Source: Candidatus Saccharimonadota bacterium (GTDB lineage: Bacteria; Patescibacteriota; Saccharimonadia; Saccharimonadales; AQU-01). From it: a stretch of DNA of 64,000 nucleotides. The stretch lies in the NCBI GenBank assembly GCA_037137935.1, contig JBAXJI010000002.1, positions 12,218-76,217 of the forward strand. Reading direction: 5' to 3'. Positions 8,901 through 16,645 of the stretch are shown piece after piece. Below the pieces are notes generated by a model. The model was not told the origin of the DNA, ran no database searches, and worked only from the letters and a program-made list of their open reading frames with translations. Every line of letters begins with the position of its first letter. Positions within the stretch are counted from its first letter, which is position 1. Both the position numbers and the translations under genes were made by a program.

Positions 8901-10239
8901 ACTATTGTTAGTTACTACAGCTGTCTTAGCGTTATTCGGCTTGGTTTTTGGAGTTAATAAAGTTCAGGCTGCGACAAATGGTGGTATTACGGTAAGCCCT
9001 GCTTACCAAGATGTTACTTTATCACCAAATCAAGTCAGTGCTAGCCAAGAATTTTCTATAACAAATAACGAGGCCCTCCCTTTAACTTTTGACCTGACGA
9101 CAGTTGATATGGGTGCATTAAATGACAGTGGGGGTGTTGTTTTTACGGGACTGACAGCAGATTATGAAAGTAAATATGGTTTAGCAAAATGGATAAATCT
9201 AAAACAAGCTACGGTAACTATTGCCGCCCGCTCAACTCAAAAGATTGAGTTTGATATTGTGGTTGATGATAGTTTTGGGCCTGGCGGACATTACGGTGCT
9301 ATTGTTGCCAAGCCAGTGTTCGACATTAGTCCTAGTCAGAATCAAATCCAGCTTAGTCCTAGAATTGCCAGTCTTTTGCTTGTTAAGAAGGTAGGTGGCG
9401 AAGTCCTTGATCTGACGGCAACCAATCCAATAATCAATTCTCGCTATTGGAAGTTGCCAGATATTATCAAGTTGAGTATTCATAATAATGGTAATGTGCA
9501 TCTTGTGCCGAGGGGACTGGTTATAATAAGCGATTCAGCTGGTCACGAAGTTGGTCGCGGAGTTATTAACCCAGAATCGTCATACACTTTACCAGAACTT
9601 AGCCGCAACTATAGCGTTAAAATTAATTACTCTAAAAATATATTGTGGCCAGGCAAGTACTTGCTAAAAACAGCTTACCGTTTTGATGGCAGCGATCAAC
9701 TCAAGGTGCAAATATCCAATATTAGACTACTAAACTTGCCACTGATTGCATCTATAATAATCTTGCCAATTTTATTGCTAATTATAATCGTAAGAATAAA
9801 TAGAAGGTTCGGTAGATACATCAAGATACCTTTTGTTTTTGTGGCAAAACTGATCAGTCGTACAAGAGTATTTAAATGGCTTAACAGAAGAATATTTAAT
9901 AAGATTATTACTAGTAAAGCTGTAGTAATTTTGACACCTAAAATTGCAAGTATAAAACCAAAAGCCAAGTTCGTGGTTAACCAAATCAAGGCTTTAAGGC
10001 CAAAACCTAAGATAAAAGTTATCGAACCTGAAAAGCCAGTCAAAAAAACCAAAACTAAGGTAGCTCCAAGAGTGGCAAAATTAAAGAAATTAAAGCCAAA
10101 ACCTAAAGAAATTATCGCTAAAGTTAAGGTCAAGAAGACGAAGCCTAAAGATCGTATTAGAGTATTGTCTAGCAAGGATTTAACTCTAGACTACACAAAA
10201 AAGTCCTACAAATCTGTTAAGGCAAAAACTAAAAAGTAA
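8884..10239 (+). CDS. Third, divergent member of the same family with a long Lys/Pro-rich tail after the TM
   Basis: GTG start overlapping the upstream gene by 17 nt. The signal peptide and two-domain layout are similar (TVSPAYQDVTLSPNQ, KLSIHNNGNVHLVPRG). A TM (LPLIASIIILPILLLIIIV) is followed by about 150 aa of KPK/KKTK-rich basic sequence. Confidence 0.5.
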   Translation: MRQHHRLLLVTTAVLALFGLVFGVNKVQAATNGGITVSPAYQDVTLSPNQVSASQEFSITNNEALPLTFDLTTVDMGALNDSGGVVFTGLTADYESKYGLAKWINLKQATVTIAARSTQKIEFDIVVDDSFGPGGHYGAIVAKPVFDISPSQNQIQLSPRIASLLLVKKVGGEVLDLTATNPIINSRYWKLPDIIKLSIHNNGNVHLVPRGLVIISDSAGHEVGRGVINPESSYTLPELSRNYSVKINYSKNILWPGKYLLKTAYRFDGSDQLKVQISNIRLLNLPLIASIIILPILLLIIIVRINRRFGRYIKIPFVFVAKLISRTRVFKWLNRRIFNKIITSKAVVILTPKIASIKPKAKFVVNQIKALRPKPKIKVIEPEKPVKKTKTKVAPRVAKLKKLKPKPKEIIAKVKVKKTKPKDRIRVLSSKDLTLDYTKKSYKSVKAKTKK

Positions 10240-10357
10240 TCCACAGCCTGGCTTAAGCATAATAGTTGAATAGAGGTGTCTAAACTGTTAAGCTTAGAGG
10301 GTACTTAAATAGGTGTGAGGGTGTCGTATTAAAGAAGTAAAAGTCGGTTCACGAACT

Positions 10358-13300
10358 TTGCTTAAGTTCGGGCTTATCATAGCCCTAACTGGCTTATTTA
10401 TTATGGCCCAAAAACCTAGTCAAGCTTCTGCTATCATCAATCGTCAAATCAACTTCCAGGGCAAAATAGTTCTCAGCAGCAATAGTACCAATATTTCTAG
10501 CAGCGCTTATAACATGCAGTTCAAGATCTACTCTGGCGGCGACGGAGTAGTTGGTGGCGGCGACGAAAGTTTATTATGGACGGAAGATCACGTTTATGGC
10601 AGTGGCGCACCAGATAATCGGGTGACTGTTACTGATGGCATATTTCAAGTTAATCTAGGTTCAATTACTACTTTGCCTGGAGGCGTGGACTTTAACAACG
10701 GCACAATCTGGCTGTCTATTAATATTGGTAGCTCAACTACGGCAGCCAGTTTTGCGGCTGCTAGCGGTGATGGCGAAATGAGCCCAATGGTTCGTTTTAC
10801 AGCCTCGCCTTACGCCCTCAATAGTGATTTATTGGATGGGTTAGACAGTACGGCTTTTGGCCAATTGTCTGGCACTAATACTTGGTCTGGTGCCAATACT
10901 TTTAATAGTCAGTCGACCTTTAACACTGATGTTGACTATACTTTTAACGGTACCGAGAACTTGGCTGTGACCTCAGATCTTGCCGGTAGTGTCAATGTCT
11001 TGTCGGTTATTGCAACTCCTTCAGCAACCACTGGCACGACAAATGGAATTTTTGTCCAGCAAGCTGATTCGGCTAATACGAACGGGCTTGATAACGCCTT
11101 AACTATCGACAATGCAGACACTGGCTTGGCAATAACGGCTGCCTTAAAAATTCAAAACAGCGGTGGTGGTGGCTACACGACAATTATTGACAACCAGGGG
11201 ACACTAATTAGTGGCGCAGAATTAAACTTGCTAGACGGTCATAGTTCGGCTCTTGTTGATACTGCGACAACCGGTACAATCGCTATAACAGGAACGGGTA
11301 TATTAGGTGCGGGCTCGATTGCCTCTGGATTTGGTGCTATTGATGTAGGCATAGACAACATCACAACTACAGGAACAATAGGTACGGCCGGGTCAACTGC
11401 CTTCACTGGCGGGGTGACTACTTTTGCCGGCACAGCTTTGATAAATAACAGCGGCACCGCTAATACGACAATAGGTAGCTCGGCCGGCGGCACCATATCT
11501 ATTGGGGCGAGCAGTGGATCCGACCTAGCACTTAGCGACGCCCAGTGGAGTGTAACGGGCGCTGGCGTTGGCACATTTGCCTCGCTTGCGACTACTGGAA
11601 ATGTAACAGTGCAGGGAGGAAGCGCTACTCTTGGTACTACTAGCCAGGCTGGCACGCTAGTTATAAATGACGGTTCCGGAGCTACGACAGTTAGTCTAAC
11701 GGCTAATGGTGTCGGTACTAGTTATTCTCTGACATTGCCAACAGCAGCTGGTAGTGTCAGCCAATGTCTTCAGACTGATTCTATCACAGCCTCACAACTG
11801 AAGTTTGCGGCATGTTCGAGTGGTAGCGCTGGCGACAATATCACCGTTAATAGTACGGCGGCTACTGATGCAAATTTCCTCAACACCAGTGCTACAGCAT
11901 CTGTTGCGGGTACGACTTTTGCTCTAAACACTACTCCAGCTCCCGACGATATCACTCTTACTATTAGCGACGCCTCGGCTACTGTAGCTGGTATTATCAC
12001 GGCTAACGCTCAAACTTTTGGCGGGCTAAAGACATTTAGTAGTGGTGTGGCTGGTACCGTAGCAACTTTTAGTGGCAATGTTAGTCTAGGGTCGGTTGGT
12101 TCCGCTACGGCAGACTCTACAATACATATTGGCGACACATCATATACTGGAGGAACGCAGGTTGTTACTATGGGTAGTTTTGGCGCCACTAGTTACATGA
12201 GGCTTCAGTCGAGCGCTATGTACTTAGATACGACCACGGACGGCTTTATTAATATCGGCAACAATAATGTTGGTAATAAAACGATAACCATTGGTAACGC
12301 CTCTGGCACGTCAGACTCTTATATATATATCGGAAATAGTGCTAGCGGACCGCAAAGCGTAGCAATTGGTTCAACTAATATTGGTAGTTCGCTCAGCCTT
12401 TCGACTGGTTTAAACGGTACGGGATTTTACACTTCTAATGGAGGCGATATTGTCTCGTTCCTATCTGCTGGCTCAAACTTTCAAGTTACTGCTTCAGGGA
12501 GTGCACCTACCGTAGATCAATTAGTTATATCTAATATTGGTCTAGGAGTAACAGTTGCAGGTGTAGCAGGACTTTCTATTAACTATGTTGGAGGTGCAAG
12601 CGCCGTAGAATCATCAGCAGCCCGAATTAACCTAACTCCCGGCGGCACAACTGGTGGTACCTGGAGTGGGCTTAAAATTGTGGCCAATGCTACGGGTGCT
12701 GTAAGTGGTGTTACAGAGTATGGCGTCAAGATTGATGGACCGGTTACACCAGGTGCTGGTACAGAGACCGGCGTATCGATAGGTACAGGTTGGGACACTG
12801 GGCTTGATGTTCAGTCTGGTGGTATGAACCTGGCATCATATGTCAGCAACACTGTGCCATATGATGGGGCTGCAGCGGCAGCTAACAATCTTAGGGTATA
12901 CGCCAGAAACTATGGCGGCAGAATGTTATTAAACACTAGGGGTCCATCTGGTATTGCGACTAGTTTGCAGCCTGCGTTGTTCAACTCAAATGTATCATAT
13001 TTTGCGCCGAACACAGGTACGGTAGGCACGGGCACGGGCTTTGGTACAATTTGGCAGTCCAACGGTACTGTGACTCACCCAGTGCCGATAACCACCGCGC
13101 CAGCAATAGCGAACCAAATTCACCGTACTCGCTACGCCAATGTTGCCTCCACGCAAAACCAAATATTGGGACCAAAAACCAACCCAACCAGCGAACAAGC
13201 TTTTTGGCGCGGTAACGCTTATGGGCTGGGAGGGTTCTTCTTTAATACTCGTTTTGAGGTTGATTTATGGCCGGCATCAACGGCGCGGATATTTGCTGGA

Positions 13301-13693
13301 CTGAGTTCGGTTACAGCTGGTGTCGCAGCTAACGACTCATTATCTGGAGACGCAGTCGGACTGTGGCACGATACTACTGATGCCAACACAGTAATGTCAA
13401 TTGTTACACGCGACAACTCTACTACTACCAAGACTGCAGTAAGCATCGGAACGATTGCTGCTGGCAACGTTTATGAGTTCACCATGTATTGTCCGCCAAA
13501 TGGTACGATAATCTACTACGAAGTCTGGGAGTTGGTTTCTGGTTTAGGAGTAATTGGCCAGACATCAACCACCTTGCCTCGCAACACGATATTCATGGGC
13601 CCACAAGTAAACATGAGCAATGGTACCGCCAACACTACGGCTACAACAACGGCTATTGGAGTCTCTAAAATATATATCGAATCGGATCGTTAA
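10358..13693 (+). CDS. Giant secreted fibre-like protein (tail-fibre-like repeats, G/T/S/A-rich)
   Basis: TTG start with a signal peptide (LIIALTGLFIMAQKPSQASA). The N-terminal module is INFQGKI...MQFKIYSGG...LWTEDH...DGIFQVNLG...FTASPYALNSDLLDGLDSTAF. Fibre motifs include NTWSGANTFNS, YSLTLPTAAGSVSQCLQTD and AQTFGGLKTFSSG. The final ~270 aa are a distinct globular domain. Confidence 0.55.
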   Translation: MLKFGLIIALTGLFIMAQKPSQASAIINRQINFQGKIVLSSNSTNISSSAYNMQFKIYSGGDGVVGGGDESLLWTEDHVYGSGAPDNRVTVTDGIFQVNLGSITTLPGGVDFNNGTIWLSINIGSSTTAASFAAASGDGEMSPMVRFTASPYALNSDLLDGLDSTAFGQLSGTNTWSGANTFNSQSTFNTDVDYTFNGTENLAVTSDLAGSVNVLSVIATPSATTGTTNGIFVQQADSANTNGLDNALTIDNADTGLAITAALKIQNSGGGGYTTIIDNQGTLISGAELNLLDGHSSALVDTATTGTIAITGTGILGAGSIASGFGAIDVGIDNITTTGTIGTAGSTAFTGGVTTFAGTALINNSGTANTTIGSSAGGTISIGASSGSDLALSDAQWSVTGAGVGTFASLATTGNVTVQGGSATLGTTSQAGTLVINDGSGATTVSLTANGVGTSYSLTLPTAAGSVSQCLQTDSITASQLKFAACSSGSAGDNITVNSTAATDANFLNTSATASVAGTTFALNTTPAPDDITLTISDASATVAGIITANAQTFGGLKTFSSGVAGTVATFSGNVSLGSVGSATADSTIHIGDTSYTGGTQVVTMGSFGATSYMRLQSSAMYLDTTTDGFINIGNNNVGNKTITIGNASGTSDSYIYIGNSASGPQSVAIGSTNIGSSLSLSTGLNGTGFYTSNGGDIVSFLSAGSNFQVTASGSAPTVDQLVISNIGLGVTVAGVAGLSINYVGGASAVESSAARINLTPGGTTGGTWSGLKIVANATGAVSGVTEYGVKIDGPVTPGAGTETGVSIGTGWDTGLDVQSGGMNLASYVSNTVPYDGAAAAANNLRVYARNYGGRMLLNTRGPSGIATSLQPALFNSNVSYFAPNTGTVGTGTGFGTIWQSNGTVTHPVPITTAPAIANQIHRTRYANVASTQNQILGPKTNPTSEQAFWRGNAYGLGGFFFNTRFEVDLWPASTARIFAGLSSVTAGVAANDSLSGDAVGLWHDTTDANTVMSIVTRDNSTTTKTAVSIGTIAAGNVYEFTMYCPPNGTIIYYEVWELVSGLGVIGQTSTTLPRNTIFMGPQVNMSNGTANTTATTTAIGVSKIYIESDR

Positions 13694-13696
13694 ATT

Positions 13697-14350
13697 ATGA
13701 ATATCAAGACTATCAATGCAAAAAAGCTACTGACCAGGCCCCGCAATAAACTTATTCTGGTAATTCTACTTATAGCTGTAGGCCTGCTGTTTAATAAATA
13801 TGTGATTAAGGGGAGTAGCGAAAATAAAGATCTATCGCTGGCTAAGGCCAAAGTTGGTAAGTTGATTTTGCTGCCGACAAATGAGGAGCCAACTTTAGCA
13901 GAAGTAACCGACAATAAAACTATCAAAGACCCAGTCTTGGCAAAGAGTAGCAAAAATGGTGATCAAATATTGTTCTACACCAAAAGCCGCTTAGTTGTAG
14001 TGTATCGGCCAAGTATCAATAAGATAGTTTTGGCGGGTGACTTATTTGCCGACCCAGCTTATAGCGAAGCTGATGGGGCAACAGTTACAGTGCTAGATGG
14101 TAATAATAACGACAGCAAGACACAAAGTATTGTTGCTGATATTAAAAGGCTATACCCTAATTCTGTTGTTAGTTATGGTGGTAAGACAGTGCGCTCCGAA
14201 TTTCCGAAAACTATCGTAATCGACAATTCTTCAAAAAAGAATAATTTCCGAGCCGCTCTAGTTCAGGACATCAAAGGCAATCTAGGTGTAGTCCCTTTGT
14301 CAGAAACCAAAACAGATAGCGACATAATGATTATCGTGGGTAAGGACTAA
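13697..14350 (+). CDS. Membrane-anchored protein with LytR_C-like C-terminal domain
   Basis: N-terminal TM (LILVILLIAVGLLF). The C-terminal part (ATVTVLDGNNNDSKTQSIVADIKRLYP...TIVIDNSS...DIMIIVGKD) matches the LytR_C pattern, and no LCP catalytic domain is present. Confidence 0.45.
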   Translation: MNIKTINAKKLLTRPRNKLILVILLIAVGLLFNKYVIKGSSENKDLSLAKAKVGKLILLPTNEEPTLAEVTDNKTIKDPVLAKSSKNGDQILFYTKSRLVVVYRPSINKIVLAGDLFADPAYSEADGATVTVLDGNNNDSKTQSIVADIKRLYPNSVVSYGGKTVRSEFPKTIVIDNSSKKNNFRAALVQDIKGNLGVVPLSETKTDSDIMIIVGKD

Positions 14351-14352
14351 AG

Positions 14353-16584
14353 ATGCGCGGCAAGCTTATCAATAAACTTGGGTATGGTTTCATGGTGGCT
14401 GTGTACTCGGTAGGGTTGGTGTCAGCAAATTTCATAGGCGTTGCGCAGGCAAGCATTAACAGTTGTACGGCTAATATGTCGCCGATTGCAGTGCAGCCTA
14501 ATTCTCAGACTAGTTTTACGATATCGCTGACAAATAATGGGCCGGGAGCAATAGAATGGATTCAAGTACAAAGTCCATCAACGAACTACGTAATCACTAA
14601 TGCTGTTTGGTCGGGTTCTTCGTCTGTTGGTGACGCTCAGGCAACTATGTATGGTGGTGCGCCAATAGCTGCTAGTTCTACATCATCATTCGGTTTAGTG
14701 GTACACGCTGGAGAGGATCAATCAAGTGGTGATGTGTGGACTGTTTTGGTGTCTGACAACGCTGACGGCTCAGCGGCGACAAGTTGTAGTGGTAGTCTGA
14801 CTTCGGCTGTCTCAGGAGTTCGGATAGCAGACCCAGACACAACCCCGCCAGTGATATCTAATCTTAAGTTATCAAAACTAGCTAGCAGCTCGCTAACAAT
14901 AAGTTGGACTACAGACGAGCCAGCTAATAGTGACGTCGCATATGGTGAGACAATCGATTACGGCAGTAATAAACATGATGCAGCATTTGTCACGAGTCAT
15001 GTCGTCAATCTGACTGGTTTAACTCCAGACACTAGTTATCATTTTTATGTAACTTCCTATGACCAGTCTGGTAATGGTGTAAGCACAGAGGACAACACCT
15101 TTTTAACGCCAGAAGCATCAACGCCTACATCCCAGACTCCCGTAGCTACGACAATCGCAATTAGCAAAGTTCCAACCGAGAAAACCCCACCAACAGTGCA
15201 GATTGACGCTAATTTCTCAAAACCTTTTAAGACAGCTCCTAAAATAAACGGCACGGCAAGTGATAATGTAGCGCTGGCTGTAATAGATTATTCAGTCGAC
15301 GAAGGCCGTAACTGGTTACCGGTAGATACAGTAAGTGGGCTTGGCGGTAAAAAGGCGTCGTTTAGCTTTACGCCTCAAAACTTAAAGGATGGCGACTATG
15401 TGTTGATAGTCAGAGCGACTGACACGTCTGGGAATCAAGCCACAACTCCTTCACAAACATTGATAATCGACCTCTTGCCGCCAATCGTTGGGGGTGGTGT
15501 TATTACTGTAGGGGCGCAAGTCGTACAACCGGACGATAAAGGTGTTTTAAGTGCGCTAACAGGACTGGAGCAAAAAATAACGCTCAGTGCTGTAGGTGGT
15601 CCAACATCTATAGTCGTCGTCAAAACATTACCAGGCAAGAAAGACATTTTGCAGAGCTTTAATCTAACTAGATCTACAGAAAACGGCCTATGGTCTGGTA
15701 CGGTTAGCTACTCAGCAACTGGATTTTATGAACTGTCTATTGATTCTGTCGACGGCGCCGGCAATCAAACATCGCGATCTTTCGGTCTGGTAAATGTCTT
15801 ATCGCCAGGCAAAGTTAGCGACTCATCATCTAAGTCAATTGATGCCAAAGTAACGGTATATTGTGTTGATCCTGACACAGGAGATTGGGTGGTTTGGGAC
15901 GGCGACTCATATGACCAGCCAAATCCAATTAGATCGACTGCTAAATCAGGGTACGGAATATATTTGCCAGCCGGCGCGTATTATCTTAAAGTCACAGCTA
16001 AAGGTCAACGGAGCGTCATAACAAACAGCTTTACAATCAATAAACCAGAAATTATAAACCAAAGCTTCCAGCTTAGTGTTAATCCTGGTATCGACGCAGG
16101 TTGGCTGCATGTTCATTTGCTGTGGCCGCAGTTAGTTGCTAGTAATTTTGCTGGCTCTAACCCTATTAAAGGCACCACTAGTCAGTCTGTTATTGGTCAG
16201 TCACTACCACAGTTCCGTTTGCAACAAACTAACGGACGAACTCTAGCTACAGCCAATCTTTACGGTAAGCCGACAGTGATTTCTATGGTTAATACTTGGT
16301 CGGGTCTTAGCAGTGGTCAGATTGATGGATTAAAAGATCTCGACACGGCATATGTTAATGTGGTTGCTCTAAGTTCTGGCGAAAGTTTGGCAAGACTCAA
16401 CTCTTTTGTGGAGCAGGCTGGCTATAACTTGGCCGTCACAGCCGATGTTAACAATCAGTTAACAGATTTTCTAAAAGTCTCTATTGTTCCAGCTACTTAT
16501 TTTATTGACCGTCATGGTGTAGTCAAAAAGGTTATGTTTGGGGTATTATCTAAGCAGGAGCTTATAAGTAATGTCGAACTTTAA
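14353..16584 (+). CDS. Secreted multidomain protein: N-terminal domain, FN3, Ig-like, CarboxypepD_reg-like, cysteine-less thioredoxin-fold C-terminus
   Basis: The FN3 segment is DTTPPVISNLKLSKLASSSLTISWTTDEPANSDVAYG...LTPDTSYHFYVTSYDQSGN. The Ig-like segment is PPTVQIDA...NGTASDNVALAVIDYSVDEGRNW. The C-terminal TlpA/ResA-like fold (GQSLPQFRL...GKPTVISMVNTWSGLS...IVPATYFIDRHGVV) has WSGLS where WCxxC is expected. Confidence 0.55.
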   Translation: MRGKLINKLGYGFMVAVYSVGLVSANFIGVAQASINSCTANMSPIAVQPNSQTSFTISLTNNGPGAIEWIQVQSPSTNYVITNAVWSGSSSVGDAQATMYGGAPIAASSTSSFGLVVHAGEDQSSGDVWTVLVSDNADGSAATSCSGSLTSAVSGVRIADPDTTPPVISNLKLSKLASSSLTISWTTDEPANSDVAYGETIDYGSNKHDAAFVTSHVVNLTGLTPDTSYHFYVTSYDQSGNGVSTEDNTFLTPEASTPTSQTPVATTIAISKVPTEKTPPTVQIDANFSKPFKTAPKINGTASDNVALAVIDYSVDEGRNWLPVDTVSGLGGKKASFSFTPQNLKDGDYVLIVRATDTSGNQATTPSQTLIIDLLPPIVGGGVITVGAQVVQPDDKGVLSALTGLEQKITLSAVGGPTSIVVVKTLPGKKDILQSFNLTRSTENGLWSGTVSYSATGFYELSIDSVDGAGNQTSRSFGLVNVLSPGKVSDSSSKSIDAKVTVYCVDPDTGDWVVWDGDSYDQPNPIRSTAKSGYGIYLPAGAYYLKVTAKGQRSVITNSFTINKPEIINQSFQLSVNPGIDAGWLHVHLLWPQLVASNFAGSNPIKGTTSQSVIGQSLPQFRLQQTNGRTLATANLYGKPTVISMVNTWSGLSSGQIDGLKDLDTAYVNVVALSSGESLARLNSFVEQAGYNLAVTADVNNQLTDFLKVSIVPATYFIDRHGVVKKVMFGVLSKQELISNVEL

Positions 16585-16645
16585 GCAACAATCAGCTAGC
16601 ACCGCTATTACGCTAACTATTAATAAGATTGGTGACAGCTAAATT

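Noticed and set aside
11239-11655. Antisense or shadow ORFs inside well-supported genes. Examples are 780..1079, 2005..2223, 6124..6447, 9696..10175, 11239..11655, 21392..21748, 25843..26400, 26719..27210, 31352..31654, 33919..34308, 46556..46861, 55679..56032 and 63202..63851.
   Set aside because: Each lies entirely opposite a gene with clear family motifs or a strong secretion/TM architecture. Their translations are low-complexity mirrors of the sense frame (A/V/P/S/T-rich or K/F/L-rich). None has a start context or recognisable motif.
10358-13693. Prophage or phage remnant, suggested by the tail-fibre-like protein
   Set aside because: No capsid, portal, terminase, tape-measure, baseplate, lysis or integrase genes and no att-like repeats occur anywhere in the 64 kb. 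The neighbours are cellular surface and sensor genes.
12900-13693. Diversity-generating retroelement target in the C-terminal tip of the fibre protein
   Set aside because: No reverse transcriptase ORF is present, and I could not find a template-repeat copy of the 3' region elsewhere in the window. This cannot be excluded without a dot-plot or an RT HMM search on the whole genome.
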